Source: Eledone cirrhosa (taxonomy: Eukaryota). Taken from it: a stretch of DNA of 64,000 nt. The position numbers and the translations under genes are program-made. The stretch lies in contig OZ024744.1 in the NCBI GenBank assembly GCA_964016885.1, forward strand, positions 1,116,001 to 1,180,000. Reading direction: 5' to 3'. The notes under the pieces are model-generated. The model ran no database searches, was not told where the DNA came from, and saw only the letters and a list, made by a program, of their open reading frames with translations. Below are positions 1-13,600 of this stretch, in pieces; positions within the stretch are counted from its first letter, which is position 1; each line of letters opens with the position of its first letter.

Positions 1-999
1 GAAGTTTTGGGGGAAGACAAGGTAGAGAAAGATAGCTTGGTGAAGAACGAAGTTTTGAGGGAAGAGAAGGTAGAGAAAGATAGCTTGGTGAAGAACGAAG
101 TTTTGAGGGAAGACAAGGTAGAGAAAGATAGTTGGTGAGGAACGAAGTTTTGAGGGAAAACAAGGTATAGAAAGATAGCTTGGTGAAGAACGACGTTTTG
201 AGGGAAGACAAGGTAGAGAAAGATAGCTTGGTGAAGAACGACGTTTTGAGGGGAGACAAGGTAGAGAAAGATAGCTTGGTGAAGAACGAAGTTTTGGGGG
301 AAGACAAGGTAGAGAAAGATAGCTTGGTGAAGAACGAAGTTTTGAGGGAAGACAAGGTAGAGAAAGATAGTTGGTGAAGAACGAAGTTTTGAGGGAAAAC
401 AAGGTATAGAAAGATAGCTTGGTGAAGAACGACGTTTTGAGGGAAGACAAGGTAGAGAAAGATAGCTTGGTGAAGAACGAAGTTTTGGGGGAAGACAAGG
501 TAGAGAAAGATAGCTTGATGAAGTACGAAGTTTTGGGGGAAGACAAGGTAGAGAAAGATAGCTTGGTGAAGAACGACGTTTTGTGGGAAGACAAGGTAGA
601 GAAACATAGTTGGTGATGAACGAAATTTTGAGGGAAGACAAGGTAGAGAAAGATAGCTTGGTGAAGAACGAAGTTTTGAGGGAAGACAAGGTAGAGAAAG
701 ATAGCTTGATGAAGAACGAAGTTTTGAGGGAAGACAAGGTAGAGAAAGATAGCTTGATGAAGTACGAAGTTTTGGGGGAAGACAAGGTAGAGAAAGATAG
801 CATGGTGAAGAACGAAGTTTTGGGGGAAGACAAGGTAGAGAAAGATAGCTTGGTGAAGAACGAAGTTTTGAGGGAAGAGAAGGTAGAGAAAGATAGCTTG
901 GTGAAGAACGAAGTTTTGGGGGAAGACAAGGTAGAGAAAGATAGCTTGGTGAAGAACGAAGTTTTGAGGGAAGACAAGGTAGAGAAAGATAGTTGGTGA

Positions 1000-3900
1000 A
1001 GAACGAAGTTTTGAGGGAAAACAAGGTATAGAAAGATAGCTTGGTGAAGAACGACGTTTTGAGGGAAGACAAGGTAGAGAAAGATAGCTTGGTGAAGAAC
1101 GACGTTTTGAGGGGAGACAAGGTAGAGAAAGATAGCTTGGTGAAGAACGAAGTTTTGGGGGAAGACAAGGTAGAGAAAGATACCTTGATGAAGTACGAAG
1201 TTTTGGGGGAAGACAAGGTAGAGAAAGATAGCTTGGTGAAGAACGACGTTTTGTGGGAAGACAAGGTAGAGAAACATAGTTGGTGAAGAACGAAATTTTG
1301 AGGGAAGACAAGGTAGAGAAAGATAGCTTGGTGAAGAACGAAGTTTTGAGGGAAGACAAGGTAGAGAAAGATAGCTTGATGAAGAACGAAGTTTTGAGGG
1401 AAGACAAGGTAGAGAAAGATAGCTTGATGAAGTACGAAGTTTTGGGGGAAGACAAGGTAGAGAAAGATAGCTTGGTGAAGAACGAAGTTTTGAGGGAAGA
1501 CAAGGTAGAGAAAGATAGCTTGATGAAGAACGAAGTTTTGAGGGAAGGCAAGGTAAAGAAAGATAGCTTGGTGAAGAACGAAGTTTTGAGGGAAGACAAA
1601 GTATAGAAAGATAGCTTGGTGAAGAACGAAGTTTTGGGGGAAGACAATGTAGAGAAAGATAGCTTGATGAAGAACGAAGTTTTGGGGGAAGACAAGGTAG
1701 AGAAAGATAGCTTGGTGAAGAACGAAGTTTTGGGGGAAGACAAGGTAGAGAAAGATAGCTTGGTGAAGAACGAAGTTTTGAGGGAAGACAAGGTAGAGAA
1801 AGATAGTTGGTGAAGAACGAAGTTTTGAGGGAAGACAAGGTAGAGAAAGATAGCTTGGTGAAGAACGACGTTTTGAGGGAAGACAAGTTAGAGAAAGATA
1901 GCTTGGTGAAGAACGACGTTTTGAGGGAAGACAAGGTAGAGAAAGATAGCTTGGTGAAGAACGAAGTTTTGGGGGAAGACAAGGTAGAGAAAGATAGCTT
2001 GATGAAGTACGAAGTTTTGGCGGAAGACAAGGTAGAGAAAGATAGCTTGGTGAAGTACGACGTTTTGTGGGAAGACAAGGTAGAGAAACATAGTTGGTGA
2101 AGAACGAAATTTTGAGGGAAGACAAGGTAGAGAAAGATAGCTTGGTGAAGAACGAAGTTTTGAGGGAAGACAAGGTAGAGAAAGATAGCTTGATGAAGAA
2201 CGAAGTTTTGAGGGAAGACAATGTAGAGAAAGATAGCTTGATGAAGAACGAAGTTTTGGGGGAAGACAAGGTAGAGAAAGATAGCTTGGTGAAGAACGAA
2301 GTTTTGAGGGAAGACAAGGTAGAGAAGATAGCTTGGTGAAGAACGAAGTTATGAGGGATGACAAGGTAGAGAAAGATAGCTTGGTGAAGAACGAAGTTTT
2401 GGGGGAAGACAAGGTAGAGAAAGATAGCTTGATGAAGTACGAAGTTTTGGGGGAAGACAAGGTAGAGAAAGATAGCTTGGTGAAGAACGACGTTTTGTGG
2501 GAAGACAAGGTAGAGAAACATAGTTGGTGAAGAACGAAATTTTGAGGGAAGACAAGGTAGAGAAAGATAGCTTGGTGAAGAACGAAGTTTTGAGGGAAGA
2601 CAAGGTAGAGAAAGATAGCTTGATGAAGAACGAAGTTTTGAGGGAAGACAAGGTAGAGAAAGATAGCTTGATGAAGTACGAAGTTTTGGGGGAAGACAAG
2701 GTAGAGAAAGATAGCTTGGTGAAGAACGAAGTTTTGGGGGAAGACAAGGTAGAGAAAGATAGCTTGGTGAAGAACGAAGTTTTGAGGGAAGAGAAGGTAG
2801 AGAAAGATAGCTTGGTGAAGAACGAAGTTTTGAGGGAAGACAAGGTAGAGAAAGATAGTTGGTGAGGAACGAAGTTTTGAGGGAAAACAAGGTATAGAAA
2901 GATAGCTTGGTGAAGAACGACGTTTTGAGGGAAGACAAGGTAGAGAAAGATAGCTTGGTGAAGAACGACGTTTTGAGGGGAGACAAGGTAGAGAAAGATA
3001 GCTTGGTGAAGAACGAAGTTTTGGGGGAAGACAAGGTAGAGAAAGATACCTTGATGAAGTACGAAGTTTTGGGGGAAGACAAGGTAGAGAAAGATAGCTT
3101 GGTGAAGAACGACGTTTTGTGGGAAGACAAGGTAGAGAAACATAGTTGGTGAAGAACGAAATTTTGAGGGAAGACAAGGTAGAGAAAGATAGCTTGGTGA
3201 AGAACGAAGTTTTGAGGGAAGACAAGGTAGAGAAAGATAGCTTGATGAAGAACGAAGTTTTGAGGGAAGACAAGGTAGAGAAAGATAGCTTGATGAAGTA
3301 CGAAGTTTTGGGGGAAGACAAGGTAGAGAAAGATAGCTTGGTGAAGAACGAAGTTTTGAGGGAAGACAAGGTAGAGAAAGATAGCTTGATGAAGAACGAA
3401 GTTTTGAGGGAAGGCAAGGTAAAGAAAGATAGCTTGGTGAAGAACGAAGTTTTGAGGGAAGACAAAGTATAGAAAGATAGCTTGGTGAAGAACGAAGTTT
3501 TGGGGGAAGACAATGTAGAGAAAGATAGCTTGATGAAGAACGAAGTTTTGGGGGAAGACAAGGTAGAGAAAGATAGCTTGGTGAAGAACGAAGTTTTGGG
3601 CGAAGACAAGGTAGAGAAAGATAGCTTGGTGAAGAACGAAGTTTTGAGGGAAGACAAGGTAGAGAAAGATAGTTGGTGAAGAACGAAGTTTTGAGGGAAG
3701 ACAAGGTAGAGAAAGATAGCTTGGTGAAGAACGACGTTTTGAGGGAAGACAAGTTAGAGAAAGATAGCTTGGTGAAGAACGACGTTTTGAGGGAAGACAA
3801 GGTAGAGAAAGATAGCTTGGTGAAGAACGAAGTTTTGGGGGAAGACAAGGTAGAGAAAGATAGCTTGATGAAGTACGAAGTTTTGGGGGAAGACAAGGTA

Positions 3901-4680
3901 GAGAAAGATAGCTTGGTGAAGTACGACGTTTTGTGGGAAGACAAGGTAGAGAAACATAGTTGGTGAAGAACGAAATTTTGAGGGAAGACAAGGTAGAGAA
4001 AGATAGCTTGGTGAAGAACGAAGTTTTGAGGGAAGACAATGTAGAGAAAGATAGCTTGATGAAGAACGAAGTTTTGGGGGAAGACAAGGTAGAGAAAGAT
4101 AGCTTGGTGAAGAACGAAGTTTTGAGGGAAGACAAGGTAGAGAAGATAGCTTGGTGAAGAACGAAGTTATGAGGGATGACAAGGTAGAGAAAGATAGCTT
4201 GGTGAAGAACGAAGTTTTGGGGGAAGACAAGGTAGAGAAAGATAGCTTGATGAAGTACGAAGTTTTGGGGGAAGACAAGGTAGAGAAAGATAGCTTGGTG
4301 AAGAACGACGTTTTGTGGGAAGACAAGGTAGAGAAACATAGTTGGTGAAGAACGAAATTTTGAGGGAAGACAAGGTAGAGAAAGATAGCTTGGTGAAGAA
4401 CGAAGTTTTGAGGGAAGACAAGGTAGAGAAAGATAGCTTGATGAAGAACGAAGTTTTGAGGGAAGACAAGGTAGAGAAAGATAGCTTGATGAAGTACGAA
4501 GTTTTGGGGGAAGACAAGGTAGAGAAAGATAGCTTGGTGAAGAACGAAGTTTTGGGGGAAGACAAGGTAGAGAAAGATAGCTTGGTGAAGAACGAAGTTT
4601 TGGGGGAAGACAAGGTAGAGAAAGATAGCTTGGTGAAGAACGAAGTTTTGAGGTAAGACAAGGTAGAGAAAGATAGTTGG
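1000..4680. repeat. Higher-order tandem duplication, period 1866 bp (39 monomers), becoming 1818 bp after loss of one monomer
   Basis: Matching ORF starts 1041/2907, 1280/3146, 1616/3482, 1807/3673 and 2094/3960 give +1866; 2333/4151 and 2524/4342 give +1818. The rare variant GATACC is shared at about 1180 and 3046. Confidence 0.85.
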
Positions 4681-7600
4681 TGAAGAACGAAGTTTTGAGG
4701 GAAAACAAGGTATAGAAAGATAGCTTGGTGAAGAACGACGTTTTGGGGGAAGACAAGGTAGAGAAAGATAGCTTCGTGAAGAACGACGTTTTGAGGGAAG
4801 ACAAGGTAGAGAAAGATAGCTTGGTGAAGAACGAAGTTTTGGGGGAAGACAAGGTAGAGAAAGATAGCTTGATGAAGTACGAAGTTTTGGGGGAAGACAA
4901 GGTAGAGAAAGATAGCTTGGTGAAGAACGACGTTTTGTGGGAAGACAAGGTAGAGAAACATAGTTGGTGAAGAACGAAATTTTGAGGGAAGACAAGGTAG
5001 AGAAAGATAGCTTGGTGAAGAACGAAGTTTTGAGGGAAGACAAGCTAGAGAAAGATAGCTTGATGAAGAACGAAGTTTTGAGGGAAGACAAGGTAGAGAA
5101 AGATAGCTTGATGAAGTACGAAGTTTTGGGGGAAGACAAGGTAGAGAAAGATAGCTTGGTGAAGAACGAAGTTTTGAGGGAAGACAAGGTAGAGAAAGAT
5201 AGCTCGATGAAGAACGAAGTTTTGAGGGAAGGCAAGGTAAAGAAAGATAGCTTGGTGAAGAACGAAGTTTTGAGGGAAGACAAAGTATAGAAAGAATGCT
5301 TGGTGAAGAACGAAGTTTTGGGGGAAGACAATGTAGGGAAAGATAGCTTGATGAAGAACGAAGTTTTGGGGGAAGACAAGGTAGAGAAAGATAGCTTGGT
5401 GAAGAACGAAGTTTTGGGGGAAGACAAGGTAGAGAAAGATAGCTTGGTGAAGAACGAAGTTTTGAGGGAAGACAAGGTAGAGAAAGATAGTTGGTGAAGA
5501 ACGAAGTTTTGAGGGAAGACAAGGTAGAGAAAGATAGCTTGGTGAAGAACGACGTTTTGAGGGAAGACTAGTTAGAGAAAGATAGCTTGGTGAAGAACGA
5601 CGTTTTGAGGGAAGACAAGGTAGAGAAGGATAGCTTGGTGAAGAACGAAGTTTTGGGGGAAGACATGGTAGAGAAAGATAGCTTGATGAAGTACGAAGTT
5701 TTGGGGGAAGACAAGGTAGAGAAAGATAGCTTGGTGAAGAACGACGTTTTGTGGGAAGACAAGGTAGAGAAACATAGTTGGTGAAGAACGAAATTTTGAG
5801 GGAAGACAAGGTAGAGAAAGATAGCTTGGTGAAGAACGAAGTTTTGAGGGAAGACAAGGTAGAGAAAGATAGCTTGATGAAGAACGAAGTTTTGAGGGAA
5901 GACAAGGTAGAGAAAGATAGCTTGATGAAGTACGAAGTTTTGGGGGAAGACAAGGTAGAGAAAGATAGCTTGGTGAAGAACGAAGTTTTGAGGGAAGACA
6001 AGGTAGAGAAAGATAGCTTGATGAAGAACGAAGTTTTGAGGGAAGACAAGGTAGAGAAAGATAGCTTGGTGAAGAACGAAGTTTTGAGGGAAGACAAAGT
6101 ATAGAAAGATAGCTTGGTGAAGAACGAAGTTTTGGGGGAAGACAATGTAGAGAAAGATAGCTTGATGAAGAACGAAGTTTTGGGGGAAGACAAGGTAGAG
6201 AAAGATAGCTTGGTGAAGAACGAAGTTTTGAGGGGAGACAAGGTAGAGAAGATAGCTTGGTGAAGAACGAAGTTATGAGGGAAGACAAGGTAGAGAAAGA
6301 TAGCTTGGTGAAGAACGAAGTTTTGGGGGAAGACAAGGTAGAGAAAGATAGCTTGGTGAAGAACGAAGTTTTGAGGGAAGACAAGGTAGAGAAAGATAGC
6401 TTGGTGAAGAACGGAGTTTTGGGGGATGACAAAGTAGAGAAAGGTAGCTTGGTGAAGAACGAAGTTTTGGGGGAAGACAAGGTAGACAAAGATAGCTTGA
6501 TGAAGAACGAAGTTTTGGGGGAAGACAAGGTAGAGAAAGATAGCTTGATGAAGAACGAAGTTTTGAGGGAAGACAAGGTAGAGAAAGATAGCTTGATGAA
6601 GTACGAAGTTTTGGGGGAAGACAAGGTAGAGAAAGATAGCTTGTTGAAGAACGAAGTTTTGAGGGAAGACAAGGTAGAGAAAGATAGCTTGATGAAGAAC
6701 GAAGTTTTGAGGGAAGACAAGGTAGAGAAAGATAGCTTGGTGAAGAACGAAGTTTTGGGGGAAGACAAAGTATAGAAATATAGCTTGGTGAAGAACGAAG
6801 TTTTGGGGGAAAACAATGTAGAGAAAGATAGCTTGATGAAGAACGAAGTTTTGGAGGAAGACAAGGTAGAGAAAGATAGCTTGGTGAAGAACGAAGTTTT
6901 GAGGGAAGACAAGGTAGAGAAAGATAGCTTGGTGAAGAACGAAGTTTTGGGGGAAGACAAGGTAGAGAAAGATAGCTTGGTGAAGAACGAAGTTTTGAGG
7001 GAAGAGAAGGTAGAGAAAGATAGCTTGGTGAAGAACGAAGTTTTGGGGGAAGACAAGGTAGAGAAAGATAGCTTGGTGAAGAACGAAGTTTTGAGGGAAG
7101 ACAAGGTAGAGAAAGATAGTTGGTGAAGAACGAAGTTTTGAGGGAAGACAAGGTATAGAAAGATAGCTTGGTGAAGAACGACGTTTTGAGGGAAGACAAG
7201 GTAGAGAAAGATAGCTTGGTGAAGAACGACGTTTTGAGGGAAGACAAGGTAGAGAAAGATAGCTTGGTGAAGAACGAAGTTTTGGGGGAAGACAAGGTAG
7301 AGAAAGATAGCTTGATGAAGTACGAAGTTTTGGGGGAAGACAAGGTAGAGAAAGATAGCTTGGTGAAGAACGACGTTTTGTGGGAAGACAAGGTAGAGAA
7401 ACATAGTTGGTGAAGAACGAAATTTTGAGGGAAGACAAGGAAGAGAAAGATAGCTTAGTGAAGAACGAAGTTTTGAGGGAAGACAAGGTAGAGAAAGATA
7501 GCTTGATGAAGAACGAAGTTTTGAGGGAAGACAAGGTAGAGAAAGATAGCTTGATGAAGTACGAAGTTTTGGGGGAAGACAAGGTAGAGAAAGATAGCTT

Positions 7601-10600
7601 GGTGAAGAACGAAGTTTTGAGGGAAGACAAGGTAGAGAAAGATAGCTTGATGAAGAACGAAGTTTTGAGGGAAGACAAGGTAAAGAAAGATAGCTTGGTG
7701 AAGAACGAAGTTTTGAGGGAAGACAAAGTATAGAAAGATAGATTGGTGAAGAACGAAGTTTTGGGGGAAGACAATGTAGAGAAAGATAGCTTGATGAAGA
7801 ACGAAGTTTTGGGGGAAGACAAGGTAGAGAAAGATAGCTTGGTGAAGAACGAATTTTTGTGGGAAGACAAGGTAGAGAAAGATAGCTTGGTGAAGAACGA
7901 AGTTATGAGGGAAGACAAGGTAGAGAAAGATAGCTTGGTGAAGAACGAAGTTTTGGGGGAAGACAAGGTAGAGAAAGATAGCTTGGTGACGAACGAAGTT
8001 TTGTGGGAAGACAAGGTAGAGAAAGATAGCTTGATGAAGAACGAAGTTTTGGGGGAAGACAAGGTAGAGAAGGATAGCTTGATGAAGAACGAAGTTTTGG
8101 GGGAAGACAAGGTAGAGAAAGATAGCTTGGTGAAGAACGAAGTTTTGAGGGAAGACAAGGTAGAGAAAGATAGCTTGGTGAAGAACGATGTTTTGGGGGA
8201 AGACAAGGTAGAGAAAGATAGCTTGGTGAAGAACGAAGTTTTGGGGGAAGACAAGGTAGAGAAATATAGCTCGGTGAAGAACGAAGTTTTGAGGGAAGAC
8301 AAGGTAGAGAAAGATAGCTTGGTGAAGAACGAAGTTTTGGGGGAAGACAAGGTAGAGAAAGATAGCTTGGTGAAGAACGAAGTTTTGAGGGAAGACAAGG
8401 TAGAGAAAGATAGCTTGGTGAAGAACGAAGTTATGAGGGAAGACAAGGTAGAGAAAGATAGTTGGTGAAGAACGAAGTTTTGAGGGAAGACAAGGTAGAG
8501 AAAGATAGCTTGGTGAAGAACGACGTTTTGAGGGAAGACAAGGTAGAGAAAGATAGCTTGGTGAAGAACGAAGTTTTGGGGGAAGACAAGGTAGAGAAAG
8601 ATAGCTTGATGAAGAACGAAGTTTTGAGGGAAGACGAGGTAGAGAAAGATAGCTTGGTGAAGAACGAAGTTTTGAGGGAAGACAAAGTATAGAAAGATAG
8701 CTTGGTGAAGAACGAAGTTTTGGGGGAAGACAATGTAGAGAAAGATAGCTTGATGAAGAACGAAGTTTTGGGGGAAGACAAGGTAGAGAAAGATAGCTTG
8801 GTGAAGAACGAAGTTTTGGGGGAAGACAAGGTAGAGAAAGATAGCTTGGTGAAGAACGAAGTTTTGAGGGAAGACAAGGTAGAGAAAGATAGTTGGTGAA
8901 GAACGAAGTTTTGAGGGAAGACAAGGTAGAGAAAGATAGCTTGGTGAAGAACGACGTTTTGAGGGAAGACAAGTTAGAGAAAGATAGCTTGGTGAAGAAC
9001 GACGTTTTGAGGGAAGACAAGGTAGAGAAAGATAGCTTGGTGAAGAACGAAGTTTTGGGGGAAGACAAGGTAGAGAAAGATAGCTTGATGAAGTACGAAG
9101 TTTTGGGGGAAGACAAGGTAGAGAAAGATAGCTTGGTGAAGTACGACGTTTTGTGGGAAGACAAGGTAGAGAAACATAGTTGGTGAAGAACGAAATTTTG
9201 AGGGAAGACAAGGTAGAGAAAGATAGCTTGGTGAAGAACGAAGTTTTGAGGGAAGACAAGGTAGAGAAAGATAGCTTGATGAAGAACGAAGTTTTGAGGG
9301 AAGACAATGTAGAGAAAGATAGCTTGATGAAGAACGAAGTTTTGGGGGAAGACAAGGTAGAGAAAGATAGCTTGGTGAAGAACGAAGTTTTGAGGGAAGA
9401 CAAGGTAGAGAAGATAGCTTGGTGAAGAACGAAGTTATGAGGGATGACAAGGTAGAGAAAGATAGCTTGGTGAAGAACGAAGTTTTGGGGGAAGACAAGG
9501 TAGAGAAAGATAGCTTGATGAAGTACGAAGTTTTGGGGGAAGACAAGGTAGAGAAAGATAGCTTGGTGAAGAACGACGTTTTGTGGGAAGACAAGGTAGA
9601 GAAAGATAGCTTGGTGAAGAACGAAGTTTTGAGGGAAGACAAGGTAGAGAAAGATAGCTTGATGAAGAACGAAGTTTTGAGGGAAGACAAGGTAGAGAAA
9701 GATAGCTTGGTGAAGAACGAAGTTTTGAGGGAAGACAAAGTATAGAAAGATAGCTTGGTGAAGAACGAAGTTTTGGGGGAAGACAATGTAGAGAAAGATA
9801 GCTTGATGAAGAACGAAGTTTTGGGGGAAGACAAGGTAGAGAAAGATAGCTTGGTGAAGAACGAAGTTTTGAGGGGAGACAAGGTAGAGAAGATAGCTTG
9901 GTGAAGAACGAAGTTATGAGGGAAGACAAGGTAGAGAAAGATAGCTTGGTGAAGAACGAAGTTTTGGGGGAAGACAAGGTAGAGAAAGATAGCTTGGTGA
10001 AGAACGAAGTTTTGAGGGAAGACAAGGTAGAGAAAGATAGCTTGGTGAAGAACGGAGTTTTGGGGGATGACAAAGTAGAGAAAGGTAGCTTGGTGAAGAA
10101 CGAAGTTTTGGGGGAAGACAAGGTAGACAAAGATAGCTTGATGAAGAACGAAGTTTTGGGGGAAGACAAGGTAGAGAAAGATAGCTTGATGAAGAACGAA
10201 GTTTTGAGGGAAGACAAGGTAGAGAAAGATAGCTTGATGAAGTACGAAGTTTTGGGGGAAGACAAGGTAGAGAAAGATAGCTTGTTGAAGAACGAAGTTT
10301 TGAGGGAAGACAAGGTAGAGAAAGATAGCTTGATGAAGAACGAAGTTTTGAGGGAAGACAAGGTAGAGAAAGATAGCTTGGTGAAGAACGAAGTTTTGAG
10401 GGAAGACAAAGTATAGAAATATAGCTTGGTGAAGAACGAAGTTTTGGGGGAAAACAATGTAGAGAAAGATAGCTTGATGAAGAACGAAGTTTTGGAGGAA
10501 GACAAGGTAGAGAAAGATAGCTTGGTGAAGAACGAAGTTTTGAGGGAAGACAAGGTAGAGAAAGATAGCTTGGTGAAGAACGAAGTTTTGGGGGAAGACA

Positions 10601-13600
10601 AGGTAGAGAAAGATAGCTTGGTGAAGAACGAAGTTTTGAGGGAAGAGAAGGTAGAGAAAGATAGCTTGGTGAAGAACGAAGTTTTGGGGGAAGACAAGGT
10701 AGAGAAAGATAGCTTGGTGAAGAACGAAGTTTTGAGGGAAGACAAGTTAGAGAAAGATAGTTGGTGAAGAACGAAGTTTTGAGGGAAGACAATGTATAGA
10801 AAGATAGCTTGGTGAAGAACGACGTTTTGAGGGAAGACAAGGTAGAGAAAGATAGCTTGGTGAAGAACGACGTTTTGAGGGAAGACAAGGTAGAGAAAGA
10901 TAGCTTGGTGAAGAACGAAGTTTTGGGGGAAGACAAGGTAGAGAAAGATAGCTTGATGAAGTACGAAGTTTTGGGGGAAGACAAGGTAGAGAAAGATAGC
11001 TTGGTGAAGAACGACGTTTTGTGGGAAGACAAGGTAGAGAAACATAGTTGGTGAAGAACGAAATTTTGAGGGAAGACAAGGAAGAGAAAGATAGCTTAGT
11101 GAAGAACGAAGTTTTGAGGGAAGACAAGGTAGAGAAAGATAGCTTGATGAAGAACGAAGTTTTGAGGGAAGACAAGGTAGAGAAAGATAGCTTGATGAAG
11201 TACGAAGTTTTGGGGGAAGACAAGGTAGAGAAAGATAGCTTGGTGAAGAACGAAGTTTTGAGGGAAGACAAGGTATAGAAAGATAGCTTGATGAAGAACG
11301 AAGTTTTGAGGGAAGACAAGGTAAAGAAAGATAGCTTGGTGAAGAACGAAGTTTTGAGGGAAGACAAAGTATAGAAAGATAGCTTGGTGAAGAACGAAGT
11401 TTTGGGGGAAGACAATGTAGAGAAAGATAGCTTGATGAAGAACGAAGTTTTGGGGGAAGACAAGGTAGAGAAAGATAGCTTGATGAAGAACGAAGTTTTG
11501 GGGGAAGACAAGGTAGAGAAGGATAGCTTGATGAAGAACGAAGTTTTGGGGGAAGACAAGGTAGAGAAAGATAGCTTGATGAAGAACGAAGTTTTGGGGG
11601 AAGACAAGGTAGAGAAGGATAGCTTGATGAAGAACGAAGTTTTGGGGGAAGACAAGGTAGAGAAAGATAGCTTGGTGAAGAACGAAGTTTTGAGGGAAGA
11701 CAAGGTAGAGAAAGATAGCTTGGTGAAGAACGATGTTTTGGGGGAAGACAAGGTAGAGAAAGATAGCTTGGTGAAGAACGAAGTTTTGGGGGAAGACAAG
11801 GTAGAGAAATATAGCTCGGTGAAGAACGAAGTTTTGAGGGAAGACAAGGTACAGAAAGATAGCTTGGTGAAGAACGAAGTTTTGGGGGAAGACAAGGTAG
11901 AGAAAGATAGCTTGGTGAAGAACGAAGTTTTGAGGGAAGACAAGGTAGAGAAAGATAGCTTGGTGAAGAACGAAGTTATGAGGGAAGACAAGGTAGAGAA
12001 AGATAGTTGGTGAAGAACGAAGTTTTGAGGGAAGACAAGGTAGAGAAAGATAGCTTGGTGAAGAACGACGTTTTGAGGGAAGACAAGGTAGAGAAAGATA
12101 GCTTGGTGAAGAACGAAGTTTTGGGGGAAGACAAGGTAGAGAAAGATAGCTTGATGAAGAACGAAGTTTTGAGGGAAGACGAGGTAGAGAAAGATAGCTT
12201 GGTGAAGAACGAAGTTTTGAGGGAAGACAAAGTATAGAAAGATAGCTTGGTGAAGAACGAAGTTTTGGGGGAAGACAATTTAGAGAAAGATAGCTTGATG
12301 AAGAACGAAGTTTTGGGGGAAGACAAGGTAGAGAAAGATAGCTTGGTGAAGAACGAAGTTTTGGGGGAAGACAAGGTAGAGAAAGATAGCTTGGTGAAGA
12401 ACGAAGTTTTGAGGGAAGACAAGGTAGAGAAAGATAGTTGGTGAAGAACGAAGTTTTGAGGGAAGACAAGGTAGAGAAAGATAGCTTGGTGAAGAACGAC
12501 GTTTTGAGGGAAGACAAGTTAGAGAAAGATAGCTTGGTGAAGAACGACGTTTTGAGGGAAGACAAGGTAGAGAAAGATAGCTTGGTGAAGAACGAAGTTT
12601 TGGGGGAAGACAAGGTAGAGAAAGATAGCTTGATGAAGTACGAAGTTTTGAGGGAAGACAAGGTAGAGAAAGATAGCTTGGTGAAGTACGACGTTTTGTG
12701 GGAAGACAAGGTAGAGAAACATAGTTGGTGAAGAACGAAATTTTGAGGGAAGACAAGGTAGAGAAAGATAGCTTGGTGAAGAACGAAGTTTTGAGGGAAG
12801 ACAAGGTAGAGAAAGATAGCTTGATGAAGAACGAAGTTTTGAGGGAAGACAATGTAGAGAAAGATAGCTTGATGAAGAACGAAGTTTTGGGGGAAGACAA
12901 GGTAGAGAAAGATAGCTTGGTGAAGAACGAAGTTTTGAGGGAAGACAAGGTAGAGAAGATAGCTTGGTGAAGAACGAAGTTATGAGGGATGACAAGGTAG
13001 AGAAAGATAGCTTGGTGAAGAACGAAGTTTTGGGGGAAGACAAGGTAGAGAAAGATAGCTTGATGAAGTACGAAGTTTTGGGGGAAGACAAGGTAGAGAA
13101 AGATAGCTTGGTGAAGAACGACGTTTTGTGGGAAGACAAGGTAGAGAAACATAGTTGGTGAAGAACGAAATTTTGAGGGAAGACAAGGTAGAGAAAGATA
13201 GCTTGGTGAAGAACGAAGTTTTGAGGGAAGACAAGGTAGAGAAAGATAGCTTGATGAAGAACGAAGTTTTGAGGGAAGACAAGGTAGAGAAAGATAGCTT
13301 GATGAAGTACGAAGTTTTGGGGGAAGACAAGGTAGAGAAAGATAGCTTGGTGAAGAACGAAGTTTTGGGGGAAGACAAGGTAGAGAAAGATAGCTTGGTG
13401 AAGAACGAAGTTTTGAGGGAAGAGAAGGTAGAGAAAGATAGCTTGGTGAAGAACGAAGTTTTGGGGGAAGACAAGGTAGAGAAAGATAGCTTGGTGAAGA
13501 ACGAAGTTTTGAGGTAAGACAAGGTAGAGAAAGATAGTTGGTGAAGAACGAAGTTTTGAGGGAAAACAAGGTATAGAAAGATAGCTTGGTGAAGAACGAC

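Noticed and set aside
36-53. CENP-B-box-like CTTCGTT on the minus strand
   Set aside because: CTTCGTTCTTCACCAAG matches only the TTCG half of nTTCGnnnnAnnCGGGn; the A and GGG are missing.
600-620. GTGA start/stop overlap at each deletion, suggesting translational coupling, programmed frameshifting or C-insertion editing
   Set aside because: Any 1-bp deletion upstream necessarily hits TGG TGA in this consensus. There is no slippery site or structure, several deletion types exist, and in-frame stops remain.
1595-1610. In-frame TAG/TAA mostly replacing Glu codons, hinting at a TAR=Glu genetic code as in peritrich ciliates or Blastocrithidia
   Set aside because: G>T changes in Glu codons give this automatically. 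Stops also replace Lys (5569, 25232) and Leu (21315) codons, and frameshifts would still break the frame.
11401-11700. G-quadruplex potential from GGGGG/GGG runs
   Set aside because: There is only one run of three or more G per 48 bp, so loops would be about 43 nt, far from canonical G4 spacing.
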